Source: a bacterium (GTDB taxonomy: Bacteria; UBA10199; 2-02-FULL-44-16; JAAZCA01). From it: a stretch of 64,000 bases of DNA. The notes under the pieces were generated by a model, which saw only the letters and a program-made list of their open reading frames with translations, was not told where the DNA came from and ran no database searches. Each line of letters opens with the position of its first letter. The stretch's first letter is position 1. A program made the translations under genes and the position numbers. The stretch spans positions 96,001-160,000 of the forward strand of contig CAXXGI010000002.1 of assembly GCA_963674695.2 (NCBI GenBank), written 5' to 3'. Positions 10,246 to 21,165 of the stretch are shown here, piece after piece.

Positions 10246-11268
10246 ATGAATGCGAATCCGATCGAATACGGGGCCTATCAAGCGGTCGTCAACTGTCTCA
10301 AGGTTCAGAAGGGTGAAAACGTCGTCATCATCACCGATCGCGGAATCGAACACCTCGGCGATGCGCTCAAAGCGCAGGCCGAGAAGGTCGGCGCCGAGGT
10401 GCAGAAGTTCGTGATGGAGGACTATGGAACCCGCCCGGCCGATGGCAAGAATCCGTTGAAGTTTCCGGAGGAGATCGGCAAGGCGATGGCGCAGGCGCAG
10501 GTGAGCTATTACATCGCCGCAGGCAAGGTCGGCGAGCTACAAAGCTTTCGCATGCCGATGATCGGCTATGTGGAGAAATACAACCTGCGCCACGGCCACA
10601 TGCCGGGGTTTACCGAAGAGATGATGAGCCAGGGGATGAGTTCGGACTATGCCGAGATCCAGCGCATCTCGAAGAAGGTCTACGATATCGTCACCAAGGC
10701 AAACGAGATCACCGTGACGACTCCGGCCGGAACGAATGTGACGGTGAAGATCGATCCGAAGTACAAATGGGTCATCTGCGACGGCAACATCCAGCCGGGT
10801 GAGTGGTCGAACCTCCCCGACGGCGAGGTCTTCACGGTGCCGACCGACGCCAACGGCAAGGTCGTCGTCGACGGATGTCTGGGCGATTATTTTACCGAAA
10901 AGTATGGTGACCTGGAGAAGACGCCGGTTTCGTACGAACTGAAGAATGGGCGCGCGATCAAGGAGAGCGTTGCTTGTTCGAACGACGAGCTCAAAGAGGA
11001 TTTTTTTGGATATACCTTCGATACCGATGAAAACTCCAACCGCGTCGGCGAATTTGCGATCGGGACGAACATCGGGTTGACCAAGCTCATCGGAAACCTC
11101 CTGCAGGACGAGAAGTTTCCGGGCATCCACATCGCCCTGGGCGATTGCTATCCGAACAAGACCGGCGGCGAATGGTCGAGCAAGGCGCACAACGATGGCG
11201 TGATGCGCAACCCGACGATCGTTGTCGATGGCACCACGATCATGGAGAGCGGAAAGTTTCTCGTCTGA
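10246..11268 (+). CDS. Aminopeptidase, M29 (thermophilic metalloprotease) family
   Basis: NLPDGEVF, VGEFAIGTN, QDEK, HIALG motifs. Confidence 0.85.
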   Translation: MNANPIEYGAYQAVVNCLKVQKGENVVIITDRGIEHLGDALKAQAEKVGAEVQKFVMEDYGTRPADGKNPLKFPEEIGKAMAQAQVSYYIAAGKVGELQSFRMPMIGYVEKYNLRHGHMPGFTEEMMSQGMSSDYAEIQRISKKVYDIVTKANEITVTTPAGTNVTVKIDPKYKWVICDGNIQPGEWSNLPDGEVFTVPTDANGKVVVDGCLGDYFTEKYGDLEKTPVSYELKNGRAIKESVACSNDELKEDFFGYTFDTDENSNRVGEFAIGTNIGLTKLIGNLLQDEKFPGIHIALGDCYPNKTGGEWSSKAHNDGVMRNPTIVVDGTTIMESGKFLV

Positions 11269-11284
11269 TTGCAGATGAATACCG

Positions 11285-11313
11285 AGGCCCCGCTCGATGG
11301 CGGGGCCTTTTTT
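11285..11313 (+). terminator. Intrinsic terminator
   Basis: AGGCCCCGC..GCGGGGCCT plus T-run. Confidence 0.7.
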
Positions 11314-11359
11314 CTGGCGCCCCTCCTTTGTATGGAGGGGGAGCATTTAGGAGCCCCTT

Positions 11360-12619
11360 ATGCCAAACCGCGAGACGCTTCTCGATCGTTTCATCCGTTA
11401 TGCCAAGATCGACACCCAGTCGCAGGATGGATCCGATACCTACCCTTCGACGGAGAAGCAGAAGGATCTGTTGCGCATCCTCGTGGAGGAGCTCAAGGCC
11501 GTGGGATGCGCCGATGCCGCAATGGATGACCACGGCTATGTGATGGCGACGTATCCCTCCAACATCCCGGCGGATCACCCCGCGCACGGCAAGGTGCCGA
11601 TGATCGGCCTGCTCGCGCATGTGGATACCTATCACGAGGTCTCGGGCAAGGACGTCAAACCGATCGTGCATGAAAACTACGATGGCGGCGATATCGTCCT
11701 GCCGGGGGATGCGAGCATCGTCATCACGGTTGAGGATGAGCCGGAGTTGAAAGCGCTCACGGGCAAGACGATCATCACCTCCGACGGGACCACCCTCCTG
11801 GGCGCGGATGACAAGGCGGGCATCGCCGAAATCATGGAGGCGCTCTGGCAATTGAAGGAGGATCCAAAGCGTCTGCACGGCGCAATCCGCATCGGGTTTA
11901 CGCCGGACGAGGAGATCGGCTGCGGGACGAAGTTCTTCGACGTCGAGAAGTTTGGGGCGAAGTATGCCTACACGCTCGATGGCTCCGGCCTGGGCGAGAT
12001 CGAGGACGAGAACTTCTGTGCCGATTTCGCGGTGGCCACCGTCACGGGCGCGGATGTGCATCCGGGGTACGCCAAGGACAAGATGATCAACGCGGTGCGC
12101 GCGGCGAGCCGCTTTCTCATGGAGTTGCCGCAGGATCGCACGCCCGAGACGACCGAGGGCCGCGAGGGCTTTCTGCATCCGCTTGGCATGACGGGCAACG
12201 TGTCTGAAACCAAGGTCAACTTCCTCGTGCGTGATTTCACCAACGAGGGACTCGCCGAACTCGGGGAGATATTGCGCGCGACCGCCGCACGCGTCGAGGG
12301 GATGTATCCGGGCGCCAAGATCGATGTGGCGATCAATGAGTCCTATCGCAACATGAAATACAAGCTGGGCGATGCCCCCTTCGTCGTCGAATATGCCGAG
12401 GAGGCGATTCGTCGCGCAGGGCTCGAGATCAAGAAAGCCGCGATTCGCGGCGGCACCGACGGTGCGCGCCTCTCCTTCATGGGGGTGCTCACGCCGAATC
12501 TCTTCGACGGCAGCATGAGCTTTCACTCGAAGAAGGAATGGGTGCCGCTCGAATGGATGGAGAAGGCGGTTGAAACCATACTCAATCTGATGGAGATCTG
12601 GGTGGAAAAGAGTTCTTAG
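11360..12619 (+). CDS. pepT: Peptidase T (M20B tripeptidase)
   Basis: AHVDT, LGADDKAG, PDEEIG, IRGGTDGA motifs. Confidence 0.93.
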   Translation: MPNRETLLDRFIRYAKIDTQSQDGSDTYPSTEKQKDLLRILVEELKAVGCADAAMDDHGYVMATYPSNIPADHPAHGKVPMIGLLAHVDTYHEVSGKDVKPIVHENYDGGDIVLPGDASIVITVEDEPELKALTGKTIITSDGTTLLGADDKAGIAEIMEALWQLKEDPKRLHGAIRIGFTPDEEIGCGTKFFDVEKFGAKYAYTLDGSGLGEIEDENFCADFAVATVTGADVHPGYAKDKMINAVRAASRFLMELPQDRTPETTEGREGFLHPLGMTGNVSETKVNFLVRDFTNEGLAELGEILRATAARVEGMYPGAKIDVAINESYRNMKYKLGDAPFVVEYAEEAIRRAGLEIKKAAIRGGTDGARLSFMGVLTPNLFDGSMSFHSKKEWVPLEWMEKAVETILNLMEIWVEKSS

Positions 12620-12641
12620 CCCGTTCGCCATGTGTATGTAT

Positions 12642-12671
12642 TGTCATCCCCGAGGGTGTAATCGGGGATCC
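12642..12671. repeat. Short palindromic half-element (TGTCATCCCCGA..TCGGGGATCC)
   Basis: Hairpin sharing its TGTCATCCC start with the 13093 element. Confidence 0.45.
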
Positions 12672-12702
12672 CGATTGAATGAAAATCACAAAGGAGAAGA
12701 CC

Positions 12703-13092
12703 ATGACACTCAAGATGATCTTTACCGAGAAAGCCCCCGCAGCGGTCGGTCCCTATGCCCAAGCCGTGCGTGCGGGAAACATGCTCTTCTGCTCCGGCCA
12801 GATTCCGATCGATCCGGCCACGGGCGAGCTCAAGACATTCGAGGGCGATGCGGCCGCACAGGCAAAACTCGTCCTGGAAAACCTGAAGCACGTGCTTGCC
12901 GCCGAGGGGCTCACCTTCAACGACGTCGCCAAGACGACGATCTTTCTCTCCAACATGGAAAACTTTGGAAAGGTGAACGAGGTCTATGCCTCCTACTTCA
13001 CCGAGTACAAGCCCGCGCGCGCCTGCGTTGCGGTCAAGACGTTGCCCAAGAATGTCGATGTCGAGATCGAAGCGATCGCGTTGTGTGGTTGA
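12703..13092 (+). CDS. ridA: RidA/YjgF family enamine deaminase
   Basis: APAAVGPYAQA, SGQIP, PARACV, LPKNVDVEIEAIA. Confidence 0.92.
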   Translation: MTLKMIFTEKAPAAVGPYAQAVRAGNMLFCSGQIPIDPATGELKTFEGDAAAQAKLVLENLKHVLAAEGLTFNDVAKTTIFLSNMENFGKVNEVYASYFTEYKPARACVAVKTLPKNVDVEIEAIALCG

Positions 13093-13182
13093 TGTCATCC
13101 CGAGCGAGCAGGGCGAGTCGAGGGATCTCTTGCGCATGAGATTTCTCCGCTCACTCGATGCTCTCGCTCGGTCGAAATGACA
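13093..13182. repeat. REP/RPE-like palindromic intergenic element
   Basis: TGTCAT...ATGACA ends; internal CGAGCGAG/CTCGCTCG and GATCTC/GAGATT complementarity. Confidence 0.65.
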
Positions 13183-13197
13183 CCATGAGGAGCGCCC

Positions 13198-14640
13198 GTG
13201 AAACTGGTTTTCAATCTATTCGTTCTCATCGTTGTTGCTAGCTTTCTTCCGGCCTCCCTCTTCGCAGCACCGAAACACGCCACGATTCTGCACTTCAATG
13301 ACCTGCATGGACATCTGATGGCCGACGGCGATGACGCGGGCGGAGCGGCGCGCTTGACGACGATCGTGCGCGAGATCGAGGCGGCCAATCGTGCGCGCGG
13401 GTGGGCCACCTTCGTTCTCTTCGGCGGGGATGCCTTTACCGGGACGCTGATCAGTTCGACATCAACCGGCGCGGCGGAGTTCGATTTCTTAAACCTCCTC
13501 GGGATCGATGCCTTCGTCATCGGCAACCATGATTTCGACTATGGCCTACCGCGCACCCAAGAGCTCATCGCGGCGGCGAAGTTTCCGGTCATCTCCGCCA
13601 ACATCTATATCGGTGGCGAGCATGGCGATCGATTGGTCTCTCCGAGCGTGATCCTCGAAGATGCGGGCGTGCGCCTCGGGGTGGTGGGAGTGACGATCGC
13701 CTCGACGGGGGAGAGTGCACACCCCGATCACGTGGTGGGACTGCGCTTTACCGATGAAGTTCGCGCCGCCAAGGCGGCGCTGGGTCGCCTGAAGAAAGAG
13801 ACGCCCTTTCGCATTGCGCTCACCCATGAGGGGGTGAAGGCCGATGTGAAGTTGGCCAAAAGGGCGCGCGGATTTTCCGCCGTCATCGGCGGGCATGATC
13901 ACGTGGAGCCGAATCAGTACTGTCGCACGGTGCGCCACATTCCCGTCTGCCAGACGCCGGCTAATGCGGCCTACGTCGGGCGACTTGATTTTGAGATCGA
14001 TGGGCAGCAAGTGCGTGCGATCGGCGAGACGCTCATCCCCGTGACATCCGAGACGTCCGAAGATTCGAACGTGGCACGGCTCGTGCATCGCTATGATCGT
14101 CTGGTGAGTCACCGTTATAATCGTATCATCGGCCGATCCGCAGTCGACTGGCCCGATTCTCGAACCGAGCGCACTGCCCTCGGAACCTTCATCTGCGAGG
14201 CGATGCGCGTGCGCGCCGACACCGATGCCACGCTCTCCAACAGCGGGATGATTCGCTCGGCGCTCACCAAGGGAGCGATTCGCCTGCGCGATCTTCATCG
14301 CATCCTTCCCTACGGAAACAACCTGGTGCGCCTGACGCTCACCGGCGCGCAGGTCCAGGCCGCGCTCGATCATGGTATCGCCAGAGGGGGAGGCGCCTTT
14401 CCCCAGACGGCCGGGATCGATTTTGATGTCGATACAAAGGGGAGGCGCGCGATCAATGTGCGCGTGGATGGTTCCCCGATCGATCCCGCGCGTACCTACA
14501 CGGTGGCGACGAGCTCCTATCTCGCCGCAGGCGGCGATGGCTATGCGATGTTGACCAAAGCTGAGAGGGTCAAGCCTCTGACCGCAACGGTCTTCGACGC
14601 CACGGCCGATCGCGTGCGTCTCCTGGGAGTGCTGCGCTGA
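13198..14640 (+). CDS. Secreted 5'-nucleotidase/UDP-sugar hydrolase (metallophosphoesterase)
   Basis: Signal peptide; NDLHG, GGD, GNHDFD, GGHDH motifs; C-terminal YLAAGGDGY. Confidence 0.88.
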   Translation: MKLVFNLFVLIVVASFLPASLFAAPKHATILHFNDLHGHLMADGDDAGGAARLTTIVREIEAANRARGWATFVLFGGDAFTGTLISSTSTGAAEFDFLNLLGIDAFVIGNHDFDYGLPRTQELIAAAKFPVISANIYIGGEHGDRLVSPSVILEDAGVRLGVVGVTIASTGESAHPDHVVGLRFTDEVRAAKAALGRLKKETPFRIALTHEGVKADVKLAKRARGFSAVIGGHDHVEPNQYCRTVRHIPVCQTPANAAYVGRLDFEIDGQQVRAIGETLIPVTSETSEDSNVARLVHRYDRLVSHRYNRIIGRSAVDWPDSRTERTALGTFICEAMRVRADTDATLSNSGMIRSALTKGAIRLRDLHRILPYGNNLVRLTLTGAQVQAALDHGIARGGGAFPQTAGIDFDVDTKGRRAINVRVDGSPIDPARTYTVATSSYLAAGGDGYAMLTKAERVKPLTATVFDATADRVRLLGVLR

Positions 14641-14856
14641 ATGGTGCGGTCGCTTCTCCCGCGACACTTTAATAAGTAATGTTTTTGGCCGCATCGAGGG
14701 GCGCTTTTTCAAGTCGTCAGACTGCCTCGATTCCCTCCGAACCCCGCATAAAATAGACGTTTGTGGTGTGAGCGGCGCCGGATTTTTCCTTGCCTCTGGC
14801 CGTCCTCCCTGAGTATAAGAATCCGCTCTTATTAAACCTGTGGATAACCTGGATGA

Positions 14857-16248
<1,392 letters not shown>

Positions 16249-16364
16249 ATACCAGTTGTACCGAGGGGATCCGGCCTTGACAGGCCGGCCTCACATGGTC
16301 TAGGTTCCGCTGCTCTTTCGAGCGGCTATCGAGGGTTGTACCTGAAATCATAGGTTTGGTTAGT

Positions 16365-16441
16365 GCGCCTGTAGCTCAGTGGATTAGAGCACCTGACTAC
16401 GGATCAGGGGGCCGGGGGTTCGAATCCTCCCAGGCGCGCCA
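16365..16441 (+). tRNA. tRNA-Arg(ACG)
   Basis: GCGCCTG/CAGGCGC acceptor stem, CCTGA-CTACGGA-TCAGG anticodon arm, GTTCGAATC T-loop, encoded CCA. Confidence 0.97.
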
Positions 16442-18156
16442 TTGACAGGAGTGGCGAACCTCATCAGTTTGGTGAGGTTCACCCTCCCGGCCGCTTCATA
16501 AAACGTGGAGCGGCCTTCTTGTTTGGGGAACATCTTGACCGGTTCGGGGAATAGGCTCTTGAAATAGGTGTTTGCCTGGACGACGTCCTGAAGCAGAATC
16601 TCGTTTAAATTAAACATGATGGGTTTGAGGGCATAGGGGGTCAAAAAACGACTTGCCGGTTCGTTGGCCTTCAGGTTCCTCAGTTTGAGTTCGAGGCCCT
16701 TCTTCCGTTTCTCCGCCTTGGCAATCGCTGTGGCCACGGTGTTCGACGCATTTCCCTTGGATATGAACTCGACCAAGTTTGACAAACTATGCTCGACCTT
16801 GCCAAGTTCTCTGAGATTTTCCTGTATCTGACGCGGGATAACGGATAGCTTCTCTTTAAGGCGGTCGTTGGTCACTTTGCAGATATGCTCGAGCGTTTTG
16901 GGGTCGTCGACCCATTCCTTGATGAAACCGAGGAAGGTGTCGTTGATCCATTCCGTCCGTGCAAGGCTTTTATTTTTACAGGTGCCCCTGCGATATGCAT
17001 TGCGGCATCCGAAGTAGCCGCCGTTTTTCCCCGACATGGAGATGAAATTTCCGCCGCACTCGCCGCACTTCATCGTTCCGGTGAAGAGGTGATTGGCCGC
17101 CCCGCGATTTTTGCCCCAGATGGATTCAGGTTTATTTCTGGCATTCCTTCGCGTCTCCTCGACGCGTTTCATCTTTACCTGAACTCTATCCCAAAGGCTT
17201 TGAGGAATGATTCGCAGGTGTTCGTGCGTCTTGACGATCCATTCATTTTGGGGCTTTGCCACGTTGATCAGTCTGTCCGTCGACGAATCGCGCCTTACGC
17301 ATGTTCTTCCGAAAATCCATATGCCGATGTACTTCGGATTAATGAGGATTCTGCGGACGACACCACCGGTCCACTTGCCGCCTTTTTTCGATGGGATATC
17401 TTCATTGTTGAATATCTTTGCAATGGCGTCGACGCCCACGTCGGTGGCATCGTAGATGTCGAATACCCTGCGAACGACCTTCGCCTCATCCTCGTTGATC
17501 ACGATGATTTTGTTGTGTGGTTCTCGGATATCTCGTTTTTTGTTTGGATCTTCATACTCGCTTGCAAAACCATACGGATTGTGTCCTGTGGATTTGCCGG
17601 CAATCGCCCGAACCTCTAAGCCTCGCTTTGTCTGGCGCGAGGTCGATTCGGAATACATCTCATTCGCCATTCCCTTGGCGATAAAGTGGATTCTTGCTCC
17701 CTGAGTATGAGAACTTATTCCTTCTGATACGGACAAGAGTTCGGCATTGTAGGCGTGAGCAAGATCGTGTGTGTCGAGGAGATTGCCAAGTTCACGGGTC
17801 AGACGAGAAAGATCGAACACCAAACCGACTTTGAAGAGACCGCATTGGATTGCCGATTTGAATGCCTCGTAGTTATCCCTGCCGACGCCGACGCGTCCCG
17901 TCTTTCCACGATCGGAGAATATCATATCCTTTGCGACGATGATCTTGCAGTCAGGAAAGAGGACGGAACGCACCTGATTTGACTTCAGGCGATGCCGGAT
18001 GAATTCAAGTTGCTCTTCCACGCTCTCATAATTCTGTCTGTTCACCGTACTCTGTCTCAGATAGACGCCGGCCTTTAACTCCGACCCCGGTTGAATGATG
18101 AGTCCGCTCTTTTCCGGGTATAACTCCTTCAGTATTTTTTGTACTTCCTGTTCCAT
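16384..18156 (-). CDS. Large serine recombinase (integrase)
   Basis: VYLRQST catalytic Ser motif, DLSRLTR, recombinase domain, CGECG..C zinc ribbon, coiled coil. Confidence 0.93.
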   Translation of the reverse strand: MEQEVQKILKELYPEKSGLIIQPGSELKAGVYLRQSTVNRQNYESVEEQLEFIRHRLKSNQVRSVLFPDCKIIVAKDMIFSDRGKTGRVGVGRDNYEAFKSAIQCGLFKVGLVFDLSRLTRELGNLLDTHDLAHAYNAELLSVSEGISSHTQGARIHFIAKGMANEMYSESTSRQTKRGLEVRAIAGKSTGHNPYGFASEYEDPNKKRDIREPHNKIIVINEDEAKVVRRVFDIYDATDVGVDAIAKIFNNEDIPSKKGGKWTGGVVRRILINPKYIGIWIFGRTCVRRDSSTDRLINVAKPQNEWIVKTHEHLRIIPQSLWDRVQVKMKRVEETRRNARNKPESIWGKNRGAANHLFTGTMKCGECGGNFISMSGKNGGYFGCRNAYRRGTCKNKSLARTEWINDTFLGFIKEWVDDPKTLEHICKVTNDRLKEKLSVIPRQIQENLRELGKVEHSLSNLVEFISKGNASNTVATAIAKAEKRKKGLELKLRNLKANEPASRFLTPYALKPIMFNLNEILLQDVVQANTYFKSLFPEPVKMFPKQEGRSTFYEAAGRVNLTKLMRFATPVNGAPGRIRTPGPLIRSQVL

Positions 18157-18250
18157 TCGGAACCCCTTTTTCTAAATAATAATTTGCAATCTGCTCGCCT
18201 AAGAAATTTAAGAATCTCTCAAACGGTTCGGAATAGGTTTTTTCATCCAC
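18026..18250 (-). CDS. Small hypothetical protein overlapping integrase start
   Basis: Start overlaps the stop of the 18243 ORF; large overlap with the integrase makes it uncertain. Confidence 0.35.
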   Translation of the reverse strand: MDEKTYSEPFERFLNFLGEQIANYYLEKGVPNGTGSTKNTEGVIPGKERTHHSTGVGVKGRRLSETEYGEQTEL

Positions 18251-18485
18251 CCATAGTCACCACCCCCTTCGTCGTTTCATTAAGCTCGCCGTTCCGACCC
18301 TGGTCTCTCTTTGAGAGACTCCTTTTCCCGTCCGCAAAGAAGTCCATCGTCATCTTCCGAAAGGCATGAAATTGATTTTCTGCCAAAGCGCTCTGTCCTA
18401 AATCAAGCATGCGTTTCATAATCCAGTCCAATGTTTGATGAACGTCCTTTGCTTTGTATTTAGCTCCATCCATAAAAAGATCCAA
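18243..18485 (-). CDS. Hypothetical protein
   Basis: 80-aa ORF co-oriented in the early operon. Confidence 0.55.
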   Translation of the reverse strand: MDLFMDGAKYKAKDVHQTLDWIMKRMLDLGQSALAENQFHAFRKMTMDFFADGKRSLSKRDQGRNGELNETTKGVVTMGG

Positions 18486-18545
18486 GTCCTTTGTCCCTTT
18501 TGTTTAACCCTAACCAAGCGATATATCGCCACAATTAGAAGCCAC

Positions 18546-18935
18546 TTACCCATCAAGGCGCATTTGCCGGTCTTCGACCCTCATCGGCTCGCGCTTCAAC
18601 TCCTCGCCAGTTTCCAGATCGACATAGACGCGTTCCTGCGCCTCGTTATCCAGAAAACACGGAAGATCTTGATTGATAGTTTTATGCCCGTACTTCAGTT
18701 CTCTGGCCGCTTCATAGGCCTCGTTCTGTAACTGTTTGATCTGGCCTTTCATGTCATCGTCGTATTCCTTTTTCTCCGATTCGAATTGTTGCATCTGCAT
18801 CAGGGCGTTAGATTGTTTTTCGCCGAGTTCTAGTTTTTCAGCATTGGTAAGAGGTAGTTTGACGTCGACATTTTGCACGCCAAGGCGATGCCAGCCTTTT
18901 TTCTTGGCCATCTGCTGTTCTGTTTCAACAGTCAT
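18546..18935 (-). CDS. Phage-like hypothetical protein
   Basis: AGGAGG RBS before ATG 18935 (MTVETEQQ); overlaps the dnaC-like stop. Confidence 0.7.
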   Translation of the reverse strand: MTVETEQQMAKKKGWHRLGVQNVDVKLPLTNAEKLELGEKQSNALMQMQQFESEKKEYDDDMKGQIKQLQNEAYEAARELKYGHKTINQDLPCFLDNEAQERVYVDLETGEELKREPMRVEDRQMRLDG

Positions 18936-19719
18936 ATTGAACCTCCTTGAGTTCTTTTCGTTTCTTGAACCTGTAGTCCGGTCCGGTGAATTCGATGCAC
19001 CGGCACATCTCGATAATGCGCGAGACAATCCTGAGCCCGAGTTTTTCATCCAGTTCCGAAAGATTGCAGTTGGTCGTAAAGATAGTCGGTAATTTAAATT
19101 CGTATCGGTGGTTAATGAGAACGAAGAGAGTTTCGAGAACCCACTCGGACGTCTTCTCAGCCCCAATGTCATCCAGCACGAGGAACCGAACCGTCTTTGC
19201 AATGTTTAGGAGATGCGTTTTCTTGCCCTGATTTTTGACGCGATCATTCATGGCCTCCCGCAACTCCAGCAGAAATTCAGGGCAGGAGATAAAGAGCGTC
19301 CCAACTGACCCAATAATCCGATTGGCAATAGCCGCTGCCATGTGTGTCTTACCTGTGCCCACCGGTCCGAAAAAGAGAAGGCCTCCGTCGTCGGACTCGT
19401 AATTCATCGCCGCATCGTAAGCATGTTTTGTCCCCGATGTTACCTCGAAGTTTTCAAATGTACGCTCCATGAATCGTGGCGAGATGCGGGAATTGCGAAA
19501 TGCCTCCTGAATCTTGGCCTGTTCCTCTCGGGCCTTTTCACGGATATTCCGTCCCTCTTCGCATCTTGGACACCGATCCTGCGGACTGAACCATTTTGGA
19601 GGCATATCCAAGAGTGCCGGGCGCAAGTACGGCTCTACCAATCGCCCACATTCGATGCATGTGCCATCTGGTGGACGATCACTCACAGACATCGGCATAT
19701 TTGTCTCGCTTACCTGCAT
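18925..19719 (-). CDS. DnaC/IstB-like helicase loader ATPase
   Basis: CxxC..CxxC N-terminus, GPVGTGKTH Walker A, LVLDDIGAE Walker B, PTIFTTN, RIVSRI. Confidence 0.9.
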   Translation of the reverse strand: MQVSETNMPMSVSDRPPDGTCIECGRLVEPYLRPALLDMPPKWFSPQDRCPRCEEGRNIREKAREEQAKIQEAFRNSRISPRFMERTFENFEVTSGTKHAYDAAMNYESDDGGLLFFGPVGTGKTHMAAAIANRIIGSVGTLFISCPEFLLELREAMNDRVKNQGKKTHLLNIAKTVRFLVLDDIGAEKTSEWVLETLFVLINHRYEFKLPTIFTTNCNLSELDEKLGLRIVSRIIEMCRCIEFTGPDYRFKKRKELKEVQYDC

Positions 19720-20686
19720 TGATTGACAATTCTCCCTTCTTTGCCCACCTGTTCAGCTCGCGAATAAAGAGCAGAAACGGATAGCCTTTTTCCCGGATTC
19801 CATTTTCTTTACATCGGAGATAGGCCTTTACCGCTCCCCGGAACACGTCATCGCTTTGAATTTTCGCCACCGTATTTTTTGCGGCACCACCTTCTTCGCG
19901 GTAGTTTCCCACGATGTATTCCCTGCCTATAGCCAGTTGATATTCCTCTGTGAAGATTTCAAGGCGTGGATGTGTCCGGCTCTTTTTTCGTGAGTCTTGT
20001 TCGTTGCCGGCAGATTTGACATCGTGCCGAACCGATGACCCGACAGGTTTGACTTCGCTCGGGGTCGAGGACCCGGTAGGTTTAACATCCCCCGGGGTGG
20101 ATGTGGTGCCGTGCACCCCCTTTTCCGAAGGAAAAGGTATATTATCTACACACTGAACACTAGGATGCATAATCGGTACATCGCTGTACGATTTCTGTAC
20201 TCCATGTGGATATGCATATGCATTGCTCGTGGATTTGCCCCATCTCTTGTTTGCGGCTCTTTTTCTGGTCAGCCGATATTCCGACTGGCGAATAAACTCT
20301 TTCAATACCGCCTCTTGAACCCACAGATCATCAACGAGCTTCCAAGAACTCTGCCTTGAATCTTCGTTGAAGATCTGTGATTTCAAACGATTCCACTCAG
20401 GATGATTGTGTGCCCATCTTTTCAGTTTTTGGTCGTCGTTGGGAAGTGTACCCGGGGGATCCTGTTGCCAGCATATACATATGAAATGCATATGCATGCC
20501 TCGCGCATCCCAGTCCATCAGCATCACGTTATTGTCTCCGAGCCACTGCTTAACGCGAAACATAAAGCCCGGAGGATGGTTGCCGGGAGACTGTTTCATG
20601 ATTTGTCTGGCCGTGTTTATCAATTGACGTATCTCCTCAATTTTCTCCTCTGGTAAATTTGCCATATGCATTTCTGTTTCCCACAT
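19679..20686 (-). CDS. Phage replication initiator-like protein (YdaU/DUF1376-like N-terminus)
   Basis: FRVKQWLGD..ARGMHMHFICICW..LPNDD motif; located directly upstream of the dnaC-like gene. Confidence 0.7.
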   Translation of the reverse strand: MWETEMHMANLPEEKIEEIRQLINTARQIMKQSPGNHPPGFMFRVKQWLGDNNVMLMDWDARGMHMHFICICWQQDPPGTLPNDDQKLKRWAHNHPEWNRLKSQIFNEDSRQSSWKLVDDLWVQEAVLKEFIRQSEYRLTRKRAANKRWGKSTSNAYAYPHGVQKSYSDVPIMHPSVQCVDNIPFPSEKGVHGTTSTPGDVKPTGSSTPSEVKPVGSSVRHDVKSAGNEQDSRKKSRTHPRLEIFTEEYQLAIGREYIVGNYREEGGAAKNTVAKIQSDDVFRGAVKAYLRCKENGIREKGYPFLLFIRELNRWAKKGELSINAGKRDKYADVCE

Positions 20687-20808
20687 CCATACTCCCTACT
20701 ATGAGGCAGAGCAGCGTGTTAGCTGCTCTCCACTAGCAGCCACAGGCGACCTTAAGGAGGGAACATGGATCGCCTATGTGACTGGCGGGCTGGGGGATGC
20801 CCGCTATA

Positions 20809-21165
20809 CTAATTTTTCGGTTTATCTTTAAAACATTTTTTCTTCTCCTGATCGCCCAGCGCTTTATAGCCCGCAATGGGCTTCGTTCCCGGCTTCCAGA
20901 CAAACGTTGGGGCGTAACCGAGCTCAATAAACTTCTTCGCGGCCTCATGTGTGATCTTCCAGTTTGCAACGATCCAGTCTTCCATCGCGCTGGTCGTTTC
21001 AAAAACAGGGCTCACCGGAGTTCCTTCACTCACGTTTTCATAAATTTGATAACAGGTCGCCTCTTCTGAATTCCACTGCGGCATGTCTGAAAGCGGTTCG
21101 TATTTTCCTTTTGCATCCCTTGGGTGTTCCCAATTTTTAGGAATCCGCCTGATCTCCCGTCCCAT
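20809..21165 (-). CDS. Conserved phage hypothetical protein
   Basis: MGREIRRIPKNWEHP..YQIYENVSEGTPVSPVF; RBS before ATG 21165. Confidence 0.65.
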   Translation of the reverse strand: MGREIRRIPKNWEHPRDAKGKYEPLSDMPQWNSEEATCYQIYENVSEGTPVSPVFETTSAMEDWIVANWKITHEAAKKFIELGYAPTFVWKPGTKPIAGYKALGDQEKKKCFKDKPKN

